Of a stretch of 64,000 nucleotides of DNA, positions 9,856 through 18,802 are shown piece by piece. The translations under genes and the position numbers were made by a program. Source of the stretch: Oscillospiraceae bacterium (GTDB lineage Bacteria > Bacillota > Clostridia > Oscillospirales > CAG-272); assembly GCA_015063745.1 (NCBI GenBank), contig SVTO01000005.1, forward strand, positions 6,990 through 70,989. Direction: 5' to 3'. The notes below the pieces were generated by a model, which saw nothing but the letters and a program-made list of their open reading frames with translations, searched no databases and had not been told where the DNA came from. Numbering within the stretch: the stretch's first letter is position 1; each line of letters starts with the position of its first letter.

Positions 9856-10944
9856 TTATGCGAGAAAATCCGTGCCGTACCGCTGGGCCAGCAGATCACA
9901 GAGTGCAATGGCCACCGCGCTGTCCACAACCACTCTCGCCCGGTGAATGATGGCGGGGTCATGGCGTCCGGCGATCTGCAGAGGCGCATTTTCTTTTTTC
10001 GCAAAATTGACAGTATCCTGTTCCTTGTAAATGGAAGGCGTGGGCTTGACGGCGCAGGAGAACTGCAGGGGCATACCGTTTGTGATGCCGCCGTTAATGC
10101 CGCCGTTGTTGTTGGTGACGGTGACGATCTTCTCCCCGTCCATGCGGAAATTGTCGTTGGCTTCACTGCCGTACCGGTCGGCCATGGCAAAGCCCATACC
10201 GAACTGCACACCTTTTATGCCGGGAATACTGAAGAGAATATGGGAAAGTACGCTTTCCACGGTGTCGAACCATGGCTCTCCCACACCGGCAGGCATACCG
10301 ACCACAACCGTTTCCAGAATCCCTCCCACGCTGTCACCGGATTCGGCCGCCTGGGTGATCTTCATTTCCATTCCCGCCGCACGTTCGGTGTCCAGTACCG
10401 CAAAAGTCATTTCGTTCAGCGCGGCAATGTCTGCTTCCACATCCCCGAAAGGACGGTCGGAAACACCGGCACAGCGGCTGATGTGGGTACCGATCCGGAT
10501 CCCCTTGTTCTTCAGCGCGGCAATGGCGATGGCACCGGCCGCCACCAGTCCCGCCGTGATCCGTCCGCTGAAATGCCCGCCGCCCCGATAATCCTCGAAG
10601 CCGTGGTACTTGCAGTTGGCGGTGTAATCGGCGTGACCCGGACGGGCCAGAAACCGGGTGGCGCTGTAGTCCTTGCTCTTGGTGTTCTGATTGGGAATGG
10701 TGATCATAATGGGCGTGCCGGTGGTTTTGCCCTCGAATACACCGCTGGCGATCACGAACGGATCTTCTTCCTGCCGGGCGGTGGAGATTCTGCCCTTGGG
10801 CCGGCGCAGGGTCAGCTGATGGGCGATGAAGTCCTCATCCACCGGAATCCCGGGTGCCAGTCCGTCCAGTACCGCACCGATCTGTCCGCCGTGGCTTTCC
10901 CCGAATATCGTCAGAGAAACGCTCTGTCCGAAGGTGTTCTTCAT
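9856..10944 (-). CDS. aroC: chorismate synthase
   Basis: MKNTFGQSVSLTIFGESHGG.IG.VLDG.P.G...; start placed at the internal ATG that forms an ATGA overlap with the aroB stop (the ORF track extends to 11052). Confidence 0.92.
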   Translation of the reverse strand: MKNTFGQSVSLTIFGESHGGQIGAVLDGLAPGIPVDEDFIAHQLTLRRPKGRISTARQEEDPFVIASGVFEGKTTGTPIMITIPNQNTKSKDYSATRFLARPGHADYTANCKYHGFEDYRGGGHFSGRITAGLVAAGAIAIAALKNKGIRIGTHISRCAGVSDRPFGDVEADIAALNEMTFAVLDTERAAGMEMKITQAAESGDSVGGILETVVVGMPAGVGEPWFDTVESVLSHILFSIPGIKGVQFGMGFAMADRYGSEANDNFRMDGEKIVTVTNNNGGINGGITNGMPLQFSCAVKPTPSIYKEQDTVNFAKKENAPLQIAGRHDPAIIHRARVVVDSAVAIALCDLLAQRYGTDFLA

Positions 10945-11963
10945 ACCGTTTCGCCTCCTGCATATACTTTCAAGCGGTTTTCCAGTTCCGCATAGGTGAT
11001 CTTCGTCAGCCGGAACGTGCCGGGTTCCTCCACGGTGGTTACGGTAATACAATCCCCCTCGGATTTCTTATCGTGCACCATGGCTTCTGTAATCTTTTCC
11101 AGAGAGAAGTGATATTCCACCGGCAGACCGAGCTTTTCCAGAACGGGAATCAGCCGTTCTCTCACCCCGGGGGAACACATGGGAATCATCCCCAGGGCAA
11201 TACATTCGCCGTGGTAGTAGCCGTGAAGGCCCTCTTCGCTTTCGATACCGTGGCCGATGGTGTGCCCGAAGTTCAGAATCTTCCGCAGCCCCATCTCCCG
11301 TTCATCCTGCTCCACGACATTCTTTTTGATCATCAGGGAACGGGCGATCACGGTGTCAATATTTGCAATGGGATCTTCCTCTTCAAACAAACGGAACAGC
11401 TCCGCATCGGAGGTCAGGGCCATTTTCACCGCCTCTGCCAGACCCGCCGCAATCAGACGGGGAGAGAGGGTGGAAAGCACTTCCGGATCAATGATGACCT
11501 TTTTCGGCTGATAAAACGCACCGACAATATTCTTGATACCCCCCAGATTCACGGCAACCTTACCGCCGATGGAGGAGTCGATCTGCGCCAGCGTCGTCGT
11601 GGGGATGTTGTAGAAATCCACCCCGCGCATATAGGATGCGGCCACAAATCCGGCCAGATCCCCGACCACACCGCCGCCGACCGCCACAACGCAGTCCTTC
11701 CGGGTAAATCCCTTTTCCATCATCACCGTCAGCAGCTTTTCCCACTGGGCGGCGGACTTGCTGTCTTCGCCCTGCCGAACGGTAACGATCACGGGATTTT
11801 TGCACTGCGCCGCCACCGTTTCGGCATATACCGCAGGCACACCGTCGTCGGTGACGATCAGTACATTCCGCTCCAGAGGGATCATCTCTCCCGCTTTTGC
11901 CAGAGATCCCCTCTCGATCACTATATCATAACTGCGCTCACCCAGAGCAACGGATAAAATCAT
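10941..11963 (-). CDS. aroB: 3-dehydroquinate synthase
   Basis: ...VAVGGGVVGDLAGFVAASYMRG..F..IPTTLLAQ.DSSIGGK..; start at the ATG forming an ATGA overlap with the pheA stop. Confidence 0.92.
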   Translation of the reverse strand: MILSVALGERSYDIVIERGSLAKAGEMIPLERNVLIVTDDGVPAVYAETVAAQCKNPVIVTVRQGEDSKSAAQWEKLLTVMMEKGFTRKDCVVAVGGGVVGDLAGFVAASYMRGVDFYNIPTTTLAQIDSSIGGKVAVNLGGIKNIVGAFYQPKKVIIDPEVLSTLSPRLIAAGLAEAVKMALTSDAELFRLFEEEDPIANIDTVIARSLMIKKNVVEQDEREMGLRKILNFGHTIGHGIESEEGLHGYYHGECIALGMIPMCSPGVRERLIPVLEKLGLPVEYHFSLEKITEAMVHDKKSEGDCITVTTVEEPGTFRLTKITYAELENRLKVYAGGETV

Positions 11964-13081
11964 TCTTCTTCCCCTCTTTTCTTCTGCAGGCTGACCTCCA
12001 TGGTGTATCCGCCCACAACCTTCAGCATATCGCAATATTCATCCAGCGCCGCCAGCATCTTCTTACCGGCTTCGCTGTTCTCATCTCCTTCGGCTTCCAC
12101 ATAGAAGTAATACTGCCACGCCAGCTCCTTCAGCGGACGGCTGCGGAGGGCGCGCATATTGAATCCGTGTTCACCGATGATGCTGATGGCCTTCGCCAGC
12201 GCACCGGCTACGTTGTTTACCGTAAACAGCAGCAGGAATTTCTTGTCCCGGCCGCCGATGGAGTGATTGGGTACTCTGGAGAATACGGCAAAACGGGTGG
12301 TGTTTTCGCTGCTTTCGTTGATGTCGTGATCCAGTACCCGCAGACCGTACAGCTCCGCCGTCTCCGCACTGGCAATGGCCGCGGTGTGAATGTCTCCCTT
12401 TTCCGCAACGGACTGGGCGGCAATGGCGGTGTTTGTGGCCTGAATGACCTCGTATCCTCTGGCCTTGATGTATTCACCGCACTGCTTGAGAGCCTGGGGA
12501 TGGCTGATTACGGCGGTAATGGTGTCGGGGGTGGAACCGGGAACACCCAGCAGATTGTGCGTCACCGGCAGATCGTATACACCGTTGACATACAAAGATC
12601 CGCTGAACATCAGATCCATCACCTGTCCGACTTCCCCCGCATAGCTGTTTTCAATGGGCAGTACCGCACATTCACATTCCCCATCCACAACGGACTGATA
12701 GGCCGCCTGAAAATCCTCATAGGGAACACTCTGCCCGTCGGGGAAAATCCGGCCGGATGCAATGTGGGCAAACGCCCCTTCCACACCGCTGTACGCAATC
12801 TTGACCCCCTCGATCAGCCGTCTCTGGTAGGTCTTGGAAACCTCCATGGTGTGCTTCTGGAAGCTGATGTAGTAGGCTTTCAGTTCATCATCGTCCACAT
12901 ATTCCGCATTTTTGGCAAGAAGCAGCGCCTCTCTGCCGGCATCAAAAATGGGCAAGCCCCGTTCTTTCTTGTATTCCGCCACCATCCGCACCGCATCCAT
13001 GCGTCTGCAGAAAAGACCGGCGATCTCCCTGTCCACAGAATTGATAATCTCTCTCGCCTGTTCCAGCTTATCCATAACCAT
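11960..13081 (-). CDS. pheA: bifunctional chorismate mutase / prephenate dehydratase (P-protein)
   Basis: N-terminal CM helix (..IDREIAGLFCRRMD..), then a PDT domain (..AVLPIENS..G.V.., ..NTTRF..), then an ACT-like C-terminus. Start is ATG 13081 or 13075 (AGGA SD); the ORF track extends to 13141. Confidence 0.88.
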   Translation of the reverse strand: MVMDKLEQAREIINSVDREIAGLFCRRMDAVRMVAEYKKERGLPIFDAGREALLLAKNAEYVDDDELKAYYISFQKHTMEVSKTYQRRLIEGVKIAYSGVEGAFAHIASGRIFPDGQSVPYEDFQAAYQSVVDGECECAVLPIENSYAGEVGQVMDLMFSGSLYVNGVYDLPVTHNLLGVPGSTPDTITAVISHPQALKQCGEYIKARGYEVIQATNTAIAAQSVAEKGDIHTAAIASAETAELYGLRVLDHDINESSENTTRFAVFSRVPNHSIGGRDKKFLLLFTVNNVAGALAKAISIIGEHGFNMRALRSRPLKELAWQYYFYVEAEGDENSEAGKKMLAALDEYCDMLKVVGGYTMEVSLQKKRGEEE

Positions 13082-13102
13082 CCGTCCTTCAATCAAATAG
13101 AA

Positions 13103-13158
13103 TCCAAACAAAAAACCTCCACACGCCCATACATACAGCACGAAAAGCGGTGGAGGTT
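13103..13158 (-). terminator. intrinsic terminator (candidate attenuator) in the pheA leader
   Basis: Minus strand: AACCTCCACCGC-loop-GCG(T)GTGGAGGTT followed by TTTTTTGTTTGG; ends ~22 nt before the pheA ATG. Confidence 0.7.
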
Positions 13159-13176
13159 ACTATACACAAGTCCCTG

Positions 13177-13254
13177 TCAATCGGCCAGGCCCGGTACAAT
13201 GCAACGATCCATCGCGGTCATAAAGTAATAAAAATACGCATACAGCTTAAACAT
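13177..13254 (-). CDS. candidate aromatic-rich leader peptide (25 aa)
   Basis: Minus-strand ORF ATG TTT AAG CTG TAT GCG TAT TTT TAT TAC TTT ATG ... TGA = MFKLYAYFYYFMTAMDRCIVPGLAD. Seven of residues 2-11 are Phe/Tyr. GGAAAGGA lies upstream. The ORF sits between the promoter and the terminator. Confidence 0.5.
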   Translation of the reverse strand: MFKLYAYFYYFMTAMDRCIVPGLAD

Positions 13255-13294
13255 TATACAGCCCGTCCTTTCCCCGGAATTTCAATATGCATAT

Positions 13295-13323
13295 ATTATA
13301 TACCCATCACTCCCGGATGTCAA
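13295..13323 (-). promoter_or_regulatory. consensus sigma-A promoter of the aromatic operon
   Basis: Minus strand TTGACA-17 nt-TATAAT (perfect hexamers). Confidence 0.75.
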
Positions 13324-13403
13324 GAGGAAATTATGTATTTTTATAAACAAAACCGCAAAAAAATTCCAACCCTTCCTCCCCTGTCCACCCACCCAAACAA
13401 AAA

Positions 13404-13503
13404 AATCCCCCTCCCCTTTTTCAAAGTTTTTTGAAAAGAGGAAAGGGGTCCGGGGGAAGGAGAAAGACTTTTTTTCAAAAAAGTTTTTCTCCTTCCCCCG
13501 GGA
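13404..13503. repeat. palindromic intergenic element, type 1, copy B (inverted relative to copy A)
   Basis: Aligns along its length with the reverse complement of 4276-4371. Confidence 0.8.
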
Positions 13504-13525
13504 AAACTCAAAACTGCTACTAAAC

Positions 13526-14329
13526 TCAAAACTGATACTGCTGACCCGCAGTGAGGAAGGATTTGGTTTTTTCGCTTTGGGGGTTTTCGAAGACCTGTTC
13601 GGGGGTACCCATTTCTTCGATGACGCCGTCGGCCATATAGATGACTTTATCGGCGACACCTTTTGCGAAGGCCATTTCGTGGGTAACGACGATCATGGTA
13701 CGGTCATCGGATTTGAGGCCGCGGATGACCCGCAGAACTTCGCCGGTCAACTCCGGGTCGAGGGCGGAGGTAGGTTCATCGAAGCAGAGGATATCCGGGG
13801 AGAGGGCAAGCGCGCGGGCGATGGCCACACGCTGGCACTGACCGCCGGAGAGCTGACAGGGATAACTGTCCGCCTTATCGGTAAGTCCCACCGTAGCCAG
13901 CAACTCCATACCGTGACTGCGGATACCTTCCATCACACGGCTGCGCTGTTCTCTGCCGGCCTTTTCGGCTTTCAGACGTTCATTTTCCAATAACTCCGAA
14001 GCAAGGGTGATGTTCTTCAGAACCGTATACTGCGGGAACAGGTTGAAGGACTGGAACACCAGCCCGAAGTGCAGGCGGCGCATCCGGATTTCCTTATCCG
14101 ACAGCTTCTTGTGCTCCACGGCGTCAAAGAGGGTCTCGCCGTTCACGCGCATTTTCCCGCCGTCGGGGGTTTCCAGGAAATTCAGACAGCGCAGCAGGGT
14201 GGTTTTACCGCTGCCGGAAGAGCCGATGATAACCAGCACTTCGCCTTTCTCCAGGGTGAAATCAATGCCCTTCAGTACATTTACGTTTCCGAAACTTTTT
14301 GTAAAGTTTTCCACTTCCAGAATCGGCAT
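13526..14329 (-). CDS. amino acid ABC transporter ATP-binding protein
   Basis: Walker A GSSGSGKTT, signature LSGGQCQR, Walker B ILCFDEPTSALD; GlnQ-like. Confidence 0.93.
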   Translation of the reverse strand: MPILEVENFTKSFGNVNVLKGIDFTLEKGEVLVIIGSSGSGKTTLLRCLNFLETPDGGKMRVNGETLFDAVEHKKLSDKEIRMRRLHFGLVFQSFNLFPQYTVLKNITLASELLENERLKAEKAGREQRSRVMEGIRSHGMELLATVGLTDKADSYPCQLSGGQCQRVAIARALALSPDILCFDEPTSALDPELTGEVLRVIRGLKSDDRTMIVVTHEMAFAKGVADKVIYMADGVIEEMGTPEQVFENPQSEKTKSFLTAGQQYQF

Positions 14330-14341
14330 ATATATTCCCCC

Positions 14342-15076
14342 TTACACCTTGTAATAGGATAACTTGGCTTCCAGCTTGCCGAAAACCCATGTTACCAGCG
14401 CGTTGAATATCAGATAGAACAGACCCGTGTAGAAAAGCGGCCAGATCAGCTGCTTCAGAGACAGAATCTCATTGGCCATGAACAGAATTTCCATAACGGA
14501 AACGGTTCTGGCAAGCGCCGTATCCTTTACCAGCGTAATCGTTTCGTTGGCGATGGGCGGCAGAATGTTCTTGATTACCTGCATCAGAATGACCTTGAAG
14601 AAAATCTGGGATTTGGTCATGCCGAGCACCTGACCGGCTTCGTACTGACCCTTGGCAATGGATTCAATACCGCCGCGGTAGATCTCGCTGAAATAACAGG
14701 CGTAGTTGATGATAAACGCCACCAGCGCACCGCAGAAATAGGCCGCCGATACATTGCCGCCGAAAATCGCCCAGCGGGTCAGAGGCATCCGGAAGGCAAT
14801 ACCCGGCAGATATACGATGATCATCAGCTGCAGCAGCAGAGGCGTGCCGCGGATGATGTATACAAAACCCTTGACCAGATAACGCAGGGGCTTGATCTTG
14901 CTCATGGTACCGAAGGAAAAAACAAGACCCAGAGGCAGGGAGAAGATCAGCGTCAGGAAAAACAGCCCCAGCGTAAGCTTGAAGCCGTTGAGCAGCTGTA
15001 CCGTAACATACCACGCCTCGGCCCAGTCAATGTCCGTCAGCCAGGCAAAGGAAATTCTAAGCATCAAATTCATCAT
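14342..15076 (-). CDS. amino acid ABC transporter permease
   Basis: 244 aa polytopic; His/Glu/Gln/Arg-type permease signature ..ESIAKGQYEAGQVLGM...F..VI.PQ. Confidence 0.88.
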   Translation of the reverse strand: MMNLMLRISFAWLTDIDWAEAWYVTVQLLNGFKLTLGLFFLTLIFSLPLGLVFSFGTMSKIKPLRYLVKGFVYIIRGTPLLLQLMIIVYLPGIAFRMPLTRWAIFGGNVSAAYFCGALVAFIINYACYFSEIYRGGIESIAKGQYEAGQVLGMTKSQIFFKVILMQVIKNILPPIANETITLVKDTALARTVSVMEILFMANEILSLKQLIWPLFYTGLFYLIFNALVTWVFGKLEAKLSYYKV

Positions 15077-15173
15077 AAATATGTAAAACCAATAAAAATG
15101 AAATCAGTCTGCCGCATCCGCACCATGAAAAGGGGAGGACACGGCAGACAAATGTTTATGTTCGGAGGGAAAC

Positions 15174-15977
15174 TCAGCCGTTTACAGCTGCCTTGTACTG
15201 GTCGAGACGGCCGTACTTTTCGGCAATGGCTTCCAGAGTACCGTCAGCGATGAACTTGTCGATGATCTTGTTGGCTTCTTCGATCAGGTCGGAGCCTACA
15301 CGGAAGCCGATGGCGTACAGTTCGTCGGTCAGGTCGATGCTGTCAACGATAACCATGTCGGCATAGTCACCGGAACCAACGGAAGCGGTAGCCATGGAGT
15401 GGTCAACAACGATTGCATCTACGTTGCCTGCCTTCAGTTCCAGCAGAGCAGCGGCCTGGGTGTCGGCGCCAACGTAGGTAGCCTTGGACAGGTTTTCGTC
15501 AGCGGCAACAGCGGATTCACCCGCGGAACCTGCTTCAGCGGCGATGAGCGCACCGGCCAGGCTTGCGGTATCCACGTAAACGTCAGCCTTGTCAGCCTTG
15601 ATTACGATGCACTGTTCGTTGGTCAGGTAGGGAGTGGTGAAGCCCATGTTTTCCTTGCGTTCTTCGGTAACGGTCAGGCCGTTCCAGATCGCGTCAATGT
15701 TGCCGGACTTCAGTTCGGTTTCCTTCATCTTCCAGTCGATGATCTGGAATTTGGGTTCAACGCCCAGTTCCTTGCAGAGTGCTTCAGCGAATTCGGTATC
15801 GAAACCAACAAGGGTTTCACCGTCTTCTGCGTAGTAGTTCATGGGTTCGTACAGGGTAATACCGATAACCAGTTTGCCGTTTTCCTTAACAGCGGCCAGG
15901 TCGCTGGCAGTTCCGCAGGAAAACAGACAAGCGGACAGCATCAGCATAGCAAGAGCGAGGGCAAGAATCTTCTTCAT
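15174..15977 (-). CDS. amino acid ABC transporter substrate-binding lipoprotein
   Basis: MKKILALALAMLMLSAC lipobox; family 3 SBP signature ..GFD.EFA.ALC..LG....I.W......L.SG.IDAIWNG.T. Start at ATG 15977 with GGAGAAAAAAC SD. Confidence 0.88.
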   Translation of the reverse strand: MKKILALALAMLMLSACLFSCGTASDLAAVKENGKLVIGITLYEPMNYYAEDGETLVGFDTEFAEALCKELGVEPKFQIIDWKMKETELKSGNIDAIWNGLTVTEERKENMGFTTPYLTNEQCIVIKADKADVYVDTASLAGALIAAEAGSAGESAVAADENLSKATYVGADTQAAALLELKAGNVDAIVVDHSMATASVGSGDYADMVIVDSIDLTDELYAIGFRVGSDLIEEANKIIDKFIADGTLEAIAEKYGRLDQYKAAVNG

Positions 15978-16133
15978 TTTGTTTTTTCTCCTTAAAATTT
16001 GGTATTCTGATAAAGATTTATGCTTTATCACACTAAAGCACTAATATAATAGCACATAACATATCATTTGTCAATACGTTTTTTGTTTTTTATCCGGATA
16101 ATTGTATTTTTATACCGTGAACCGGATTTCGGA

Positions 16134-16180
16134 AACAAAAAGGGCGGGCCGCATTTACGTTGAAGAATGTAATATGCGGC
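16134..16180 (-). terminator. intrinsic terminator downstream of the DUF1934/EamA/HisJ unit
   Basis: Minus strand GCCGCATATTAC-loop-GTAAATGCGGC followed by CCGCCCTTTTTGTTT. Confidence 0.55.
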
Positions 16181-16203
16181 TCGTCCTTTGGTTGGTACGG
16201 AGT

Positions 16204-16285
16204 GTTTCGAGGCTTGCGAGCCTCGATTCAGGGCTCTGCCCTGAAAACCCGCGAGCTTTTGAAAAAGCTTGAGCAAAACTTTTTA
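16204..16285. repeat. palindromic intergenic element, type 2, copy F
   Basis: TCGAGGCTTGCGAGCCTCGA, TTCAGGGCTCTGCCCTGAA and GAGCTTTTGAAAAAGCTTGAGCAAAACTTT; aligns with the reverse complement of 44848-44934. Confidence 0.75.
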
Positions 16286-16320
16286 TATTGGTGGGAGTTT
16301 CTTTTGTAAATACGAAATAA

Positions 16321-16965
16321 TCAGATTTTGGTTACATTGATGCGCATTGTTGTTCGCTGGATGTCTGCGCCGCGCAGTTCTACCAGATAATCCAGCAGGA
16401 TCACACCGCCGGCTTCGGTCAGAGTGGATTCGCATTTGCGGGTGTAGATACATACGGAAAAAGGCATGGGCATCATGGGAGAAGTGTAGGTGGACATATG
16501 ACGTTTGCCTTTTTCGCAGCAGAGTGTGCTCATAAGCGTGCCGCTGCGTTCGATCACGATCAGAGGATGCTTTTTGGAAATGTGCAGAATTGTCAGCGCA
16601 TCGCCGAATCCGTTGTCCGGATTTTCGGTGTACTTCAGATGGTATTCCGTGTCATCGGACTCCATAAGAGCTTCCGTGGTCAGTACATAACGGTTGCTGT
16701 TTTCATCGTCCGGCGCAACGGCTTCGAACAGCGTGCGGAACATATCTTCGATCTGCTCCACCATATCATCGTCCAACTCCGCATCGTCGTCCAGCTCCTC
16801 CATCAGGGAACGGATCTGATCCCCTGTAGGACCTTCCTGTATGGGAGCCTTGTCCCCGGCACCGAACATGGAATAGGGACTGCCCATTTGGGGGAGAACG
16901 TGTCTGGAATTGATGGTAATCTTAACCGGGAAGGAATTCACCGGTGTGTTCTGTGCAGTATTCAT
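16321..16965 (-). CDS. DUF1934 (YwiB-like) domain protein with an acidic insertion
   Basis: 214 aa. The spacing VKITI...Y.L.Y.E......T.L.I......IER.G...S.L....G......Y.......F.V...T......T..GG.I.LDY.L resembles YwiB. Confidence 0.55.
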   Translation of the reverse strand: MNTAQNTPVNSFPVKITINSRHVLPQMGSPYSMFGAGDKAPIQEGPTGDQIRSLMEELDDDAELDDDMVEQIEDMFRTLFEAVAPDDENSNRYVLTTEALMESDDTEYHLKYTENPDNGFGDALTILHISKKHPLIVIERSGTLMSTLCCEKGKRHMSTYTSPMMPMPFSVCIYTRKCESTLTEAGGVILLDYLVELRGADIQRTTMRINVTKI

Positions 16966-17852
16966 GTAACTTCCTTATTTGCAGTGGTATTTCGTTTTTC
17001 GGCCCGGCCGGTCAGCAGATTGTAAGCCAGAATCGCCGCAATGACGATACCGGAACCGAGAATGGTCAGTACCCCCATCTTTTCTCCCAGCAGCAATGCA
17101 GTCCACGTTGGATTGAGGATGGGTTCGATGATGCTGATCAGCGAGGCGGTAAAGGCGGGCGTGTGGTCCAGACCTTCTGCCATGAAAATGTAGGAGGAAG
17201 CATACTGTACCGCACCGAGAAGGAACATCATCAGTAAGATCTGGGGTGTACAGTTGCCTGGGGTACTGATTTCGGAAATGAGAGCAGGGAAACCGATGAC
17301 GGCACTGATCACGCAGCCCACGAAAATGGAGGACAGGTTGTCGCTGGCGGGCAGCATCTTCATCATGAAAACAACAGCATAAGTCATACCGGAGCCGATA
17401 CCGAAAATATTGCCAAGCATCGGATTGGGAGCCATTGCGGATCCGGCCATACTGTCAAAGAAGAAACAAACGATACCGCCGATTACAACGGGCATGATGA
17501 AGAGATCCAGCTTCGATGGTTTTTTGCGGAAAAACAACAGGGAAAAGAGAATGATGAAGATGGGTGCCGTGAACTCCAGAATGATCGCCGCGGCAGAGGT
17601 GGTCATCTTGGCGGAGAGGATGTAACAATATCCGGAAGCGGCTATGGAAGCACCGCACAGAAACACGGACTTGTTGAACACCAGCCTGTGTTTCCGGAGT
17701 CTGGTATACAGAAAGATCACGCAGGCGGCAATCAGTGTACGACCGCTGCCGATACCGAAAGAACCCCACGGAATGGCTTTAACGAATAAGCCGCTGCTGG
17801 AGAAGCAGAGGGCGGAGCATAAAATCAGTAAAGGAGAGATTTTTTTCTTCAT
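16962..17852 (-). CDS. EamA/DMT family transporter
   Basis: 296 aa, ~10 predicted TM helices, duplicated EamA-like halves. Confidence 0.8.
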   Translation of the reverse strand: MKKKISPLLILCSALCFSSSGLFVKAIPWGSFGIGSGRTLIAACVIFLYTRLRKHRLVFNKSVFLCGASIAASGYCYILSAKMTTSAAAIILEFTAPIFIILFSLLFFRKKPSKLDLFIMPVVIGGIVCFFFDSMAGSAMAPNPMLGNIFGIGSGMTYAVVFMMKMLPASDNLSSIFVGCVISAVIGFPALISEISTPGNCTPQILLMMFLLGAVQYASSYIFMAEGLDHTPAFTASLISIIEPILNPTWTALLLGEKMGVLTILGSGIVIAAILAYNLLTGRAEKRNTTANKEVT

Positions 17853-17861
17853 ATCGTTACC

Positions 17862-18638
17862 TCAGAATGTTTTGGGCAGAGGACGCAGAACGGGTTCCAC
17901 ATAGGTCAGATGGTAGTCATCGATGATCTTCTGAGCTTCCGTGAAAGCGTACTCGTTGACGAACATATAGGGATCGTGTGCATCCAGACCGACGGTCACG
18001 GGCGCGCCCATTTTGCCCACCAGCTCCCAGAAGGGCCTGTGGGGATAGTTGCGGTGGTCGGCGATACCCAGACAGTTGATTTCCAGAGGCATTTCGGTTT
18101 CCATGGCACATTCAATCAGCTTTTCCATGGCCTTGTAGTATGCCGGTGTGAATTCGTCCACCCAGGGCAGATCGGGATGGCAGAGATAGGTGAAGTATCC
18201 GGTACGCATGGCGGCACATACCTGATCCACATAGGCGAAGATATATTCCGTGGAACCTCTGCGCGGATTTTCGGGATGGTCGAATTCATTGTTCAGGAAA
18301 TGCTGACCGAGGATGAGGTAATCGCAGGGGAAAGCGGCGAGATGCTTCAGCAGATCCGGGAAAATATCGGGATAATATTCCGCTTCAAAGCCGATTTTGA
18401 TGTCGATTCTGTCCTTGAACTCTTCCTTGAGGGCCAGAATGGAGGCAAAATATTCCTCGGTCTGATAGGGATACATCCGGAAATCGGAGTAGTATTTTCC
18501 GGGGAAAATCTGGGGAGAATGGTCGGCAAAACCGAGCACCTTGAAGCCGGCATTCACGGCGAATTCCACATACTGTCTGTCGGGACAGCCTGCATGATGA
18601 CAGCGTTCGGTATGGGTATGGTAATTGACAGTAAACAT
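17862..18638 (-). CDS. histidinol-phosphatase HisJ family (PHP domain)
   Basis: ..NYHTHTERCHHA......GFK.LGF.DH.P...; ...GFE.EY......DYLILG.H....; ..G.DAH. Confidence 0.75.
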   Translation of the reverse strand: MFTVNYHTHTERCHHAGCPDRQYVEFAVNAGFKVLGFADHSPQIFPGKYYSDFRMYPYQTEEYFASILALKEEFKDRIDIKIGFEAEYYPDIFPDLLKHLAAFPCDYLILGQHFLNNEFDHPENPRRGSTEYIFAYVDQVCAAMRTGYFTYLCHPDLPWVDEFTPAYYKAMEKLIECAMETEMPLEINCLGIADHRNYPHRPFWELVGKMGAPVTVGLDAHDPYMFVNEYAFTEAQKIIDDYHLTYVEPVLRPLPKTF

Positions 18639-18802
18639 AATGATTCCTTGCTTTGTATCGTAAAAAATAACTGTATATATAAACGTATGACAGTATTATA
18701 GCACAGTTCGGCGAAAAATGAAAGTATTTCGGGAAATAAAATCAAAAAACAGACCCTCCCCGGAAAGAAGATCTGTTTTGGCGGTGATGGCGTCAGAATC
18801 CC

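Noticed and set aside
9856-11052. N-terminal extensions of aroC (to 11052), aroB (to 12035) and pheA (to 13141) given in the ORF track
   Set aside because: Internal ATGs give canonical N-termini (MKNTFGQS.., MILSVALG.., MVMDKLEQ..) and ATGA stop/start coupling. The extensions overlap the upstream genes.
13103-13290. T-box riboswitch upstream of pheA
   Set aside because: No AGGGUGGNACCGCG T-box sequence and no recognisable specifier-loop/AG-bulge organisation. Only an isolated ACCGCG hexamer is present. The leader-peptide model explains the features better, but a covariance search is still needed.
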